57,743 nucleotides of DNA from Nitrospirae bacterium JdFR-86. GTDB taxonomy: Bacteria > Nitrospirota > Thermodesulfovibrionia > Thermodesulfovibrionales > JdFR-86. The translations under genes and the position numbers were made by a program. The stretch spans positions 1-57,743 of the forward strand of contig MTOV01000018.1 of assembly GCA_002011815.1 (NCBI GenBank), in the 5' to 3' direction. The notes under the pieces were generated by a model. The model ran no database searches and had not been told where the DNA came from. It saw only the letters and a program-made list of their open reading frames with translations. Position 1 is the first letter of the stretch. The number at the start of each line of letters is the position of its first letter. Below are positions 17,809 through 26,778 of the stretch, one piece after another.

Positions 17809-18248
17809 GTTTAATTATAACATAATAGAACATGTCCCAAAATTTGGGCATCGTGTGAAATAATAGTCAGGTCTTGCATGCCAACATATAGTTTACGAAC
17901 TGCAAACCTCGTCACCATCCCGTCAACAAGCCTTCCAAATTAACGTAAATATCTTGTCCTCAAGCTTCCATTCCCCACGCGCTCCCGCCATTTAAAATTA
18001 ATAATTTATGACATTCCACCGGCTATCCTCTGAAGCACCATTTAAGCGAAAGGCTGAAGTTGCGTCCGGATTATGCCCTCCTAACGTTTGCCTGTTTACA
18101 AAAAATATCTATAAATAGATATTTTTTACTGAATTAATATATGCTTATATAACTGTCATCCTGACGGGGCACGGTAGCCAGTGTTAAGTTAACGTCCGGT
18201 GTGGACAATAGAAATGGTTCTCTAAACACACTATTACATTAACAGAAA

Positions 18249-20351
18249 ATGAACGGACTCCCTTTTGCAGAACTAAGAGAGCCATACAGCTCGTTTCTTA
18301 ATGAGGGGCGCTGGAACGAGTATCTGAGCAGTCTCTGTGAAGACGGGCTCAAATGGTGGTTCAACATGGATACACCGGCAATCCTTGCCCATCTAATCCC
18401 GGTTGAGTCATTCCCTGTAGAGAAAACCTCCCTGCCGGAGAGACTGGTATTTCTGTCAGAAGCCGCCAAGCTCTCAATACCTGTTGAGAAGATGGATGCC
18501 TTCTTCAAACTCTTTATGGCTAAGGGGGATTTTGAGGCGGCATCTGCTGCCGCAGGTGCAGGCACTGCCTCTGTATGGGACAGCGGAAGGGAATTTCAGA
18601 GATATGCCCTCTGGTATGAGAGAATAAACAAACTTCTTAGGACAAAAGACCGCCTGTCTCCCCTTGCAGTATCCTCACTTTTAGGGTTTAAGGCTCTTGT
18701 GGAACTCACAGGCGAAGGGGATATAAAGAAGGCATATGAGACATATATGAAACAGCGCCTCTGGGCTGAAAAAGCCGGAGCACATTCACTCATGGTCTAT
18801 TTTGCTGCTGCCTGCTCATACTGCCTTATATGGATGGGAAGGCTTTCAGAGGCAGAAGTGATAATGACCGATGCCGAAGTCCTCTGCAGTACTCCGGATA
18901 CAAACCTTGTGGTAAGAATCTATTTTCAGACAACCCGCGGGCTTTTTTACTTTGTAAAAGGCAAGCCTGATAAGGCAGAGGAGATACTTAAGGGTGTAGT
19001 AAGTCTGCCGTTTTTTGAAGAGCTTCCCCCGCCTGCCTACTTTCTGGGCTATGGTCACCTGTTGCTTACCGTGGCAAACAAGGGGAAGGAACAAGCCATC
19101 GAGGCAATAGCACAAAAACTCCGTGCCCGTGCAATACCTGAGCAGAACTATTTCCACTACTCCTATCTTCACTACAACCTTGGCACAGCCTATCTGATGA
19201 TTGGCGAGCCCCACAAGGCTCTTGTCCATGGTAACGAAGCACTCGAGAGAGGGCGCTTAAGCAAAAGCCACGTTGCAGAGCAGATACCTGCCCTTGTCTT
19301 TGGTCAGGCTCTTTCAGATATGAACAAGAACGACAGGGCATTAGAGCATTTCCTTCAGTGGCTTAAGCGGTGGAAAAAGAGCGGCTTCTTTATCCTTGCC
19401 TCATCAGGAGCTTTTGAGATTGCCTGCCTTTATCTCAAAATGGGGATGATAGACAAAGCAAGGGAGTACTTCAAAAAGGCATCAACTCTAATGCCGGAGG
19501 GTGAGAAGATTGCCCATCTGAACCGTTCTGAGGAATTTTTCAAGAAGATAGAGAGTTCATTATATCCTTCTGAAAAACACATAGATGTGATTACAGACCT
19601 TGAGAGAATGCCTGTCTGCATTACCACTTTTGGAGACCTCCAGATAAGGGTAGGCGAATCAGTAATTTATGACCGTAAGTGGAGGGGCGGCCGCACCAAG
19701 ACACTCCTTAAAGCCCTTATTGTGTTCGGAGGCACAAAGGTCTCGTACAACCTCCTTATTGACACCCTCTGGCCTGACACAGAGGGTGATATCGCAGAAA
19801 ACAACCTCAAGGTGGCTGTGTCAAGGCTAAGGAGGATTGGTTGCCGCCGGGGAGAAAAACCCATACAGTGGATACTTGTCAAGCAGAGGAAGATTTCCCT
19901 GGCACGACCGCTGTGTGCAGTGGATTCTATAATCTTCAAGGAGACGGTAGACAGGGCACTCAAAGAAAGAAAGGACATTGCACTTTTGATGAAGGCACTC
20001 GATTTGTACCGTGATGACTTCCTTGCCAGAGACCAGAGCGAGACATGGATCATAAGACACCGTGAGATCCTGAGGGAGGATTTTGTAAAAGGGGCAATCC
20101 TTCTTTATGAACTGTGCAGGGAAAGCGGTGATATCAATGAGTCCCTGCCTTATCTTTATCGTGCAGTTGAGCGTGACCCTTTAGATGAAGAGATATATTC
20201 CGTTTTGATGGAGTTGTACTTGGAGCTTGGTTATCCGTCAAAAGCTATTCAGACCTACAAACAGGCTGAGGAAATCCTGAAAAAGGAACTGGATATTGCC
20301 CCTGGTCCAGCACTTCAGGCACTTGCCCGAAAGGCTGGAATGAAGATATAA
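18249..20351 (+). CDS. SARP/BTAD-family transcriptional regulator (TPR-like N-terminus, wHTH, BTAD)
   Basis: ITTFGDLQI, LLKALI, LIDTLWPD, NLKVAVSRLRR, ALDLYRDDFL, RDPLDEEIY..LM, ELDIAPG. Confidence 0.88.
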   Translation: MNGLPFAELREPYSSFLNEGRWNEYLSSLCEDGLKWWFNMDTPAILAHLIPVESFPVEKTSLPERLVFLSEAAKLSIPVEKMDAFFKLFMAKGDFEAASAAAGAGTASVWDSGREFQRYALWYERINKLLRTKDRLSPLAVSSLLGFKALVELTGEGDIKKAYETYMKQRLWAEKAGAHSLMVYFAAACSYCLIWMGRLSEAEVIMTDAEVLCSTPDTNLVVRIYFQTTRGLFYFVKGKPDKAEEILKGVVSLPFFEELPPPAYFLGYGHLLLTVANKGKEQAIEAIAQKLRARAIPEQNYFHYSYLHYNLGTAYLMIGEPHKALVHGNEALERGRLSKSHVAEQIPALVFGQALSDMNKNDRALEHFLQWLKRWKKSGFFILASSGAFEIACLYLKMGMIDKAREYFKKASTLMPEGEKIAHLNRSEEFFKKIESSLYPSEKHIDVITDLERMPVCITTFGDLQIRVGESVIYDRKWRGGRTKTLLKALIVFGGTKVSYNLLIDTLWPDTEGDIAENNLKVAVSRLRRIGCRRGEKPIQWILVKQRKISLARPLCAVDSIIFKETVDRALKERKDIALLMKALDLYRDDFLARDQSETWIIRHREILREDFVKGAILLYELCRESGDINESLPYLYRAVERDPLDEEIYSVLMELYLELGYPSKAIQTYKQAEEILKKELDIAPGPALQALARKAGMKI

Positions 20352-20399
20352 ACCTGCCTCTGCCGTTCTAACTGCACAATCTGCAAAAAATCCCAACTG

Positions 20400-20429
20400 T
20401 GTAACCAAACCTGTTACCTTTTTGTAACC
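20400..20429 (+). promoter_or_regulatory. Three heptamer direct repeats TGT(A/T)ACC, candidate SARP binding site
   Basis: TGTAACC at 20400, TGTTACC at 20412, TGTAACC at 20423 (12 and 11 bp period), upstream of the lipoprotein gene. Confidence 0.6.
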
Positions 20430-20511
20430 TCCTGTGTGATATAGAAAAAGCGTAAAAGAGCTAGAGGGCTTCAGTGATTAACCTTAATTAAATTTGAAAA
20501 AGGAGGTAACG

Positions 20512-22146
20512 ATGAGGACAGGCAGGTTATTGGTTTTTGTATTATTATGTTTCTTAATGCTTACTGCATGCGGAGACGACGACGGAGGCACAACCACCAC
20601 AGGGACGACTACAGGAAGCTCTGATACCACTGCACCGGCAGTCAGCTCTATATCCCCTGCTGACGGTGCAACAGGCATCGAGCCCAACACCACAGTAACA
20701 GCCACCTTCAGTGAAAACATAGACTGCGCAACAGTCAGCACCTCAACATTCACCCTGAAGAAAGCCGGCAGCACTGTCTCAGGCAGTGTAACCTGCAATA
20801 ACGATACCGCTGTATTCACCCCGTCAGGTGAGCTTGCCTTTTCCACTCAATACACTGCCACGGTTACAACCGGCATCAAGGACACAGCAGGCAATGCCCT
20901 TTCTGCTGACTACTCATGGAGTTTTACCGTGAGGGATGGAATCTGGGGAACTGAAGAGATTATCGAGACAGGCAGTGAAGGTGCTGAATATCCTCAGGCA
21001 GCAATAAATGCAGACGGAAAGGCAGCGGCTGTGTGGAAACAGTGGGACGGCTTAGCATACAGCATCTACGCAAATGTTTACGACGGGGCAGCATGGGGAA
21101 CTGAAGAGATTATCGATGCAGGCAGTGGAGATGCTGCATATCCTCCTCAGGTGGCGATAAATGCAAACGGAAAGGCAGTGGCTGTGTGGGATCAGTGGGA
21201 CGGCACGGCATACAACATCCACGCAAATGTTTACGACGGGGCAGCATGGGGAACTGCGGAGATTATCGATGCAGGCAGTGGAGATGCCTACACGCCTCAG
21301 GTGGCAATGAACGCAGACGGAAAGGCAATGGCTGTGTGGAGACAGAATGACGGCTCAGTATACAGCATCTACGCAAATGTTTACGACGGGGCAGCGTGGG
21401 GAACTGCGGAGATTATCGAGACAGGCAGTGGAGATGCCTACACGCCTCAGGTGGCAATAAATGCAGACGGAAAGGCAGTGGCAGTGTGGCAGCTGTGGGA
21501 CGGCACGACAGGCAGCATCTACGCAAATGTCTATAACGGGACATCATGGGGAACTGAAGAGCTTATCGAGGCAGGCAGTGGAACTGCTGGACAGCCTCAG
21601 GTGGCGATGAACGCAGACGGAAAAGCAGTGGCTGTGTGGAGACAGAATGACGGCTCAGTATACAGCATCTACGCAAATGTTTACGACGGGGCAGCGTGGG
21701 GAACTGCGGAGCTTATCGAGACAGGCAGTGGAGGTGCTGCATCTCCTCAGGTGGCGCTGAGCGCAGACGGAAAGGCTGTGGCTGTGTGGCAGCAGTGGGA
21801 CGGCTCAGCATACAGCATCTATGTAAATGTGTATAACGGGACATCATGGGGAACTGAAGAGCTTATCGAGACAGGCATTGGAGATGCTGCATCTCCTCAA
21901 GTGGCAATGAACGCAGACGGAAAGGCAGTGGCTGTGTGGCAGCAGTGGGACGGCACGGCATACAACATCTACGCAAATGTGTATAACGGGACAGCATGGG
22001 GAACTGCGGAGCTTATCGAGACAGGCAGTGGGGATGCTGACTATCCTCAGGTGGCAATAAATGCAAACGGAAGGGCAATGGCTGTGTGGCAGCAGTTTGA
22101 AGGCTCAAGCTCAACACTCAGTATCTATGCGAATGTGTATAAGTAA
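20512..22146 (+). CDS. Lipoprotein with SbsA/Big_5 Ig-like domain and eight 50-aa repeats (probable 8-bladed beta-propeller)
   Basis: AGGAGG RBS; lipobox LTAC; DTTAPAV.SISPADGA...ATFSE...IKDTAGNAL...WSFT; repeat WGT.E.IE.GSG.A..PQVA.NADGKA.AVW.Q.DG..Y.IYANVY. Confidence 0.88.
   Translation: MRTGRLLVFVLLCFLMLTACGDDDGGTTTTGTTTGSSDTTAPAVSSISPADGATGIEPNTTVTATFSENIDCATVSTSTFTLKKAGSTVSGSVTCNNDTAVFTPSGELAFSTQYTATVTTGIKDTAGNALSADYSWSFTVRDGIWGTEEIIETGSEGAEYPQAAINADGKAAAVWKQWDGLAYSIYANVYDGAAWGTEEIIDAGSGDAAYPPQVAINANGKAVAVWDQWDGTAYNIHANVYDGAAWGTAEIIDAGSGDAYTPQVAMNADGKAMAVWRQNDGSVYSIYANVYDGAAWGTAEIIETGSGDAYTPQVAINADGKAVAVWQLWDGTTGSIYANVYNGTSWGTEELIEAGSGTAGQPQVAMNADGKAVAVWRQNDGSVYSIYANVYDGAAWGTAELIETGSGGAASPQVALSADGKAVAVWQQWDGSAYSIYVNVYNGTSWGTEELIETGIGDAASPQVAMNADGKAVAVWQQWDGTAYNIYANVYNGTAWGTAELIETGSGDADYPQVAINANGRAMAVWQQFEGSSSTLSIYANVYK
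20944..22143 (+). repeat. Intragenic tandem repeat, 8 units of about 150 bp
   Basis: tggggaactg unit starts at 20944, 21094, 21247, 21397, 21547, 21697, 21847, 21997. Confidence 0.92.
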
Positions 22147-22196
22147 GCCTTTTAGTGCATCCTGCATCATGCAGATGCCGGCAGTGGTGCGATAAA

Positions 22197-22397
22197 ATGC
22201 CCGCAAGTCAGAGAGAGGATAGATTCAGGGAAGAAGACGGGAAGGAGGTTTACCTTCTCAGGATATTCAGAAGGGGCAAAAAGCCAGGTGAGACCCTTGT
22301 GGGAACAGTAGAGGAAATAAGGGGCAGAAGAAAGGGAAAATTCAAGACAGGAAAGGAGCTTCTGGACTGGTTGATGAATAACGCCCCTGACAGGTAA
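22197..22397 (+). CDS. Small hypothetical protein
   Basis: YLLRIFRR...LVGTVEEI...FKTGKELLDWL compact domain; in-frame ATG at 22197. Confidence 0.55.
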   Translation: MPASQREDRFREEDGKEVYLLRIFRRGKKPGETLVGTVEEIRGRRKGKFKTGKELLDWLMNNAPDR

Positions 22398-22436
22398 GTT
22401 GTACCCCCGCAGGGGTGAAAACAATGGGAGGGTGGC

Positions 22437-22650
22437 ATGAATAACAGGGGGCTGAACGCAATACTGGGCATGGCAGTTGGCGGACTGCTGATTAAGTTTG
22501 GCTCGCAGGCAAAAGGCAGGGGCAGTGCTTCGGCTGATGACTACTGGTATTACGACTCCAGTTGAGACTGAAGAGCATGGGGGCTCGGTGGAGGGCGGTG
22601 GCGGAGAGTCCGGCGGTGCAGGTGCATCAGGGGACTGGGATGACGATTAA
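22437..22650 (+). pseudogene. Frameshifted remnant with a Gly-rich tail (GGGGESGGAGASG...DWDDD), TPM-protein-like C-terminus
   Basis: Short hydrophobic ORF, then Gly-rich codons broken by a stop and frameshift. Confidence 0.35.
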
Positions 22651-22685
22651 CCCCTGAAATTTTTAAAAGAGAGTTAAGGTTTCTG

Positions 22686-22780
22686 TTGCTTTTTGACGCC
22701 AAAAAGTGGTAAGATTCAAAAAGGAGTTTATTATTCCTTCAGTTTGTTGAGTTTTGAAGAGTGGGCTGTCCCACTCTTTT
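22686..22780 (+). promoter_or_regulatory. rimP promoter and rimP leader hairpin
   Basis: TTGCTT-N18-TAAGAT with extended TG; aagagtggg-ctgt-cccactctt followed by a T-run just before the ATG. Confidence 0.7.
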
Positions 22781-22788
22781 GTTTTGTT

Positions 22789-23247
22789 ATGGATAGGGTT
22801 GAAGATAAAGTATATGAACTGGCGGCTCAGGTAGCCCGTAATCTCGGGTTTGACCTTGAAGGTGTGGAACTTTTAGGTCGGGGCAGAAAAACGCTCTTAA
22901 GGATTGTTATTGACAAGGAAGGAGGCATAACCCTCGATGACTGCGAGGCATTCAGCAAGGACATCGAGGCATTACTTGACGTTGAAGACCCTATCGAGGG
23001 CTCTTATACTCTTGAGGTCTCATCCCCTGGTTTGGACAGACCTCTGAAAAACCTGAGGGATTTTAAGAAACATATGGGAAAACTCGTAAGAGTTGTAACA
23101 AAGGAAAAAGTGGACGGACAGAGCTTTTTCATCGGAAGAATAGCCGGGGTGGAAGAAGACCACGTAAAACTTTCGCTTAAAAACAAGCAGATAGAGATTT
23201 TTTTTGATAATATATCAAAGGCAAAACTTGAGATAGAGATAAAATGA
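22789..23247 (+). CDS. rimP: Ribosome maturation factor RimP
   Basis: LRIVIDKEGGITLDDC, YTLEVSSPGLDRPL; ATG at 22789 preferred over the upstream TTG. Confidence 0.95.
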   Translation: MDRVEDKVYELAAQVARNLGFDLEGVELLGRGRKTLLRIVIDKEGGITLDDCEAFSKDIEALLDVEDPIEGSYTLEVSSPGLDRPLKNLRDFKKHMGKLVRVVTKEKVDGQSFFIGRIAGVEEDHVKLSLKNKQIEIFFDNISKAKLEIEIK

Positions 23248-24374
23248 CAAAAGACATCTTTTATGCAATTGAGCAGATAAGCAGGGAAAAGGGCATCCCG
23301 AAGGATGTGCTTATAGGGGCGATAGAGTCTGCCCTGCTTTCAGCCGCAAGAAAAAGATACGGCGGAAGGACGAACGTGCATGTGAAGATTGATGAAAAAG
23401 CGCACGCCATAACCCTCTACGAAACAAAAAAGATTGTAGAAGAAGTTACAGACAAAAACGAGGAGATATCAGTAGAAGAGGCAAAGGCTATAGACCCTGA
23501 AAAAGGGCTTGGCGACGAGGTGGACATTCCTCTTGACTTCCAGGATTTCGGAAGGATTGCTGCACAGACTGCAAAACAGGTTATATTCCAGCGTGTCAGG
23601 GAAGCGGAGCGCGATGTCATATACAACGAGTATAAAGATAAGGTAGGGCAGATTATCAGCGGCACGGTGATGAGAAAGGAAAAAGGCATCTACTATGTCA
23701 ACATCGGAAAGACAGAGGCCATATTGCCGCAAAGAGAAACACTCCCCGGAGAAAACCTTAAAAGGGGAGACATGATTAAGGCATATATTCTGGACATCAG
23801 GGTTACCTCAAAAGGACCTGCCATAATCATATCGAGGACAGACCCCCAGTTCGTGGCAGCACTTTTCAAAATGGAAGTGCCTGAGATAAGTGAAGGGCTC
23901 GTTGTGATTAAAAACGTTGTCAGAGAGCCAGGGGAAAGGACAAAGATTGCTGTATATTCCACTAATACCTCTATTGATCCAGTGGGTGCATGCGTGGGCA
24001 TGAAAGGCACAAGGGTTCAGTCTATCGTCCGTGAGCTTAAAGGCGAAAGGATAGATATTATTCCGTGGACTGACGACCTTAGAATGCTCATTGCAAGGGC
24101 ATTGAGCCCTGCCACTGTCGAAAGAGTGGGTATCAATGAGGAAGAAAAGACCGCAATGGTAGTCGTAAGCGACCAGCAGTTGTCCATTGCTATCGGCAAG
24201 AGAGGACAAAACGTCAAGCTTGCTATGAAGCTTACAGGGTGGGATATAGATATAATCAGCGAGTCCGAATACTCCAAGATAAAGATGGAAGAGGCCGAAA
24301 AGACCTTCGGCGAGTCGGTGCAGGCACAGTCACAGTCACAGGAAGAAGAAGACACACCATCAGTGGATGGTTAA
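23244..24374 (+). CDS. nusA: Transcription termination factor NusA
   Basis: FGRIAAQTAKQV, REPGERTKIAV, DPVGACVGMKGTRV, AIGKRGQNV. Confidence 0.97.
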   Translation: MTKDIFYAIEQISREKGIPKDVLIGAIESALLSAARKRYGGRTNVHVKIDEKAHAITLYETKKIVEEVTDKNEEISVEEAKAIDPEKGLGDEVDIPLDFQDFGRIAAQTAKQVIFQRVREAERDVIYNEYKDKVGQIISGTVMRKEKGIYYVNIGKTEAILPQRETLPGENLKRGDMIKAYILDIRVTSKGPAIIISRTDPQFVAALFKMEVPEISEGLVVIKNVVREPGERTKIAVYSTNTSIDPVGACVGMKGTRVQSIVRELKGERIDIIPWTDDLRMLIARALSPATVERVGINEEEKTAMVVVSDQQLSIAIGKRGQNVKLAMKLTGWDIDIISESEYSKIKMEEAEKTFGESVQAQSQSQEEEDTPSVDG

Positions 24375-26454
24375 AGACCTCTCAGATTACGAAATTCAAT
24401 ACATAAAGGGTGTAGGACCCCGCAGGGCAGCCCTCCTCAAACGCCTTAATATACGAAATGTCAGAGACGCCATGTTTTATCTCCCCTACAGGTATGAAGA
24501 CAGAAGGAATATCAAAAAGATACGTGATATAAACTCCGGGTTTCTGCAAACAGTCGTCGGCAAAGTCATCGCTGCCGAGGTTATAGACCTGCCACACAGC
24601 AGGCATAAGATTTTTGAACTCACAGTCTCCGACGGAAGCGGACTCATTAAAGGCAAGTGGTTCAACCAGCCGTTTATGAAGAAGAGGTTTAAAATCGGTC
24701 AGGAGGTCGTCCTGAGCGGGGTTGTCAAATACGGGTATCGCGGTATAGGACTTGAGATGGACAACCCGGAGTATGAATTTGCCAGCGATGACGAAGATGC
24801 CCTTATACACACCGCACGCATTGTGCCTGTATACAGGGCAACTGAAAACCTCAGTTGCAGACAGTTAAGAAACATAATATTCAATGTCCTTAAGACACAC
24901 CTGCATGAAGTCACCGACCCTGTTCCTGAGGATATCCTGAGGAGAAACAACCTTCCCGGACTTGCAGAAAGCATCATGAACTCGCATTTTCCGCAGGCAG
25001 ACATTGATGTGGACAGTCTTAACAACTGGAGGACGGATTACCAGAGAAGGCTTTCCTTTGATGAGCTTTTTATGCTCGAACTCGGTCTTGCAATCCTTAA
25101 AAAAGGAAAGAGCCGGCAGAAAGGCATAGAGTTCAATGCAAAAGGCACACTCGTTGAAAAGCTCCTCCGGATGCTTCCCTTTAGCCTGACTTCTGCACAG
25201 AAAAGGGCTTTTAATGAAGTATTAAAGGACATGAGGAGTCCTTATCCCATGCACAGGCTCATTCAAGGAGACGTGGGTTCAGGCAAGACTGTTGTGGCTT
25301 TGATGGCAGTGCTCGTTGCTGCAGAATGCGGCTATCAGTCCGCTTTTATGGCTCCTACAGAGATACTTGCCGAGCAGCATTATATAAATATTCATCGTCT
25401 GGTGGAAGACCTCGGACTTAAAATCTGTCTTCTTACAGGGAGCGTAAAAGACAGGCCTCTGGATGAGATAGCTTCAGGTAAGATAGATTTAGTCGTAGGC
25501 ACGCACGCACTTATACAGGAAAGCGTGAGGTTTGAAAAGCTCGGTCTTATCGTAATAGACGAACAGCACCGTTTTGGTGTGATGCAGAGGGCTGTGCTCA
25601 GAAAAAAGGCTTTAAACCCTGATGTCCTTATAATGACCGCTACGCCGATACCACGGACACTGGCAATGACCCTTTACGGCGACCTCGACTGCTCTGTCAT
25701 AGACGAACTTCCTCCCGGAAGAACACCTGTAAAGACCATGCTCTTCAAACAATCTGAAAAAAAACAAATATACGAGGCAATAGCCTCTGAGGTTAGAAAA
25801 GGCGGACAGGTGTATGTCGTATATCCTGTTATAGAAGGCTCTGAAAAGGTAAACCTCAAGTCTGCAATAATGGGAAAAGAGGCTTTGGAAAAGGTCTTCC
25901 CTGATATGACTGTTGCACTCATACACGGCAGGATGAAGCCTCAGGAAAGAGAATCCGTAATGGCTGACTTTAAGGACGGCAAGATTGATATACTTGTAAG
26001 CACAACGGTTATAGAGGTAGGGGTAGATGTGCCTAATGCATCCATGATGCTCATAGTGCATGCCGAAAGATTCGGTCTTTCTCAGCTTCATCAGCTAAGG
26101 GGCAGGGTCGGCAGGGGAAACAGGCAGTCCAGTTGTCTGCTCCTTGCCTATGAACCGCTTGGAGAAGAGGCAAGAAGAAGACTTGATGTCATGACACGCA
26201 CAACCGACGGCTTCAGGATAGCAGAGGAAGACCTTGATATAAGAGGGCCAGGTGAATTCCTCGGCACAAGACAGTCAGGAATGCCAGACTTAAGCATAGC
26301 CAACCTCGTAAGAGACTCAATGATGATTGAGCCGGCAAGGACAGAAGCATTCTCTTTAATAGAGCAAGACCCGGAATTGAAAAATTTTCCTGCACTCAAG
26401 GCATCGCTTGAGAGATTCTGGCACGGCAAAATCGAGATTTTTAAAACAGGGTAG
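24367..26454 (+). CDS. recG: ATP-dependent DNA helicase RecG
   Basis: QGDVGSGKT, DEQHRFG, TATPIPRT, QLHQLRGRVGR, DLDIRGPGE. Confidence 0.97.
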   Translation: MVKDLSDYEIQYIKGVGPRRAALLKRLNIRNVRDAMFYLPYRYEDRRNIKKIRDINSGFLQTVVGKVIAAEVIDLPHSRHKIFELTVSDGSGLIKGKWFNQPFMKKRFKIGQEVVLSGVVKYGYRGIGLEMDNPEYEFASDDEDALIHTARIVPVYRATENLSCRQLRNIIFNVLKTHLHEVTDPVPEDILRRNNLPGLAESIMNSHFPQADIDVDSLNNWRTDYQRRLSFDELFMLELGLAILKKGKSRQKGIEFNAKGTLVEKLLRMLPFSLTSAQKRAFNEVLKDMRSPYPMHRLIQGDVGSGKTVVALMAVLVAAECGYQSAFMAPTEILAEQHYINIHRLVEDLGLKICLLTGSVKDRPLDEIASGKIDLVVGTHALIQESVRFEKLGLIVIDEQHRFGVMQRAVLRKKALNPDVLIMTATPIPRTLAMTLYGDLDCSVIDELPPGRTPVKTMLFKQSEKKQIYEAIASEVRKGGQVYVVYPVIEGSEKVNLKSAIMGKEALEKVFPDMTVALIHGRMKPQERESVMADFKDGKIDILVSTTVIEVGVDVPNASMMLIVHAERFGLSQLHQLRGRVGRGNRQSSCLLLAYEPLGEEARRRLDVMTRTTDGFRIAEEDLDIRGPGEFLGTRQSGMPDLSIANLVRDSMMIEPARTEAFSLIEQDPELKNFPALKASLERFWHGKIEIFKTG

Positions 26455-26463
26455 GAGGGTTTT

Positions 26464-26778
26464 ATGTTGGGCAGACTGAAGGATAGCTTCGATGCAGGAG
26501 TCGAAAAAATCAGGTGGTTTTCGTCTCTGTTTAGCGAAAGGCTGAAGGTAGAGATGGCTGTTATGAAACTTCTCAAGCAGGCGAATGACCTTAAAAAGAA
26601 GAGGGATGAGCTGACAAGGACGATAGGAGAACGTGTGTTTGAGCTTAGAAACCGGCAGCACGTAAGTTTGCTGAAAGACGCGAAAATAAGACAGGCGATA
26701 AAAGAGCTTGAGAAACTCGATTCCGAGATTGAAGAGCTTAACAGCAGGGTCTCGGATATAGGAAAGGTTGAGGACTGA
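26464..26778 (+). CDS. Hypothetical coiled-coil protein
   Basis: GGAGG RBS; operonic between recG and pilD. Confidence 0.7.
   Translation: MLGRLKDSFDAGVEKIRWFSSLFSERLKVEMAVMKLLKQANDLKKKRDELTRTIGERVFELRNRQHVSLLKDAKIRQAIKELEKLDSEIEELNSRVSDIGKVED

Larger units (their letters stand above)
16095..17998. mobile_element. tRNA-Sec-anchored genomic islet bounded by direct repeats (no integrase in the window)
   Basis: cccacgcgctcccgc at 16095-16109 and 17974-17988, each followed closely by tttaaaat(c/t)aat; AT-rich cargo. Confidence 0.7.

Noticed and set aside
17860-18245. Integron attC sites, REP element or riboswitch in the long intergenic region
   Set aside because: Only scattered TAAC/GTTA and a single gtcaggtcttgca word; no convincing extended pairing or riboswitch core motif seen
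20944-22143. CRISPR array or diversity-generating retroelement
   Set aside because: Repeats are contiguous, in frame and coding, with no unique spacers; differences are not adenine-specific and no reverse transcriptase is present
22693-22788. Long TTG-initiated N-terminal extension of RimP
   Set aside because: The region is the promoter and leader hairpin; the ATG at 22789 gives a normal-length RimP
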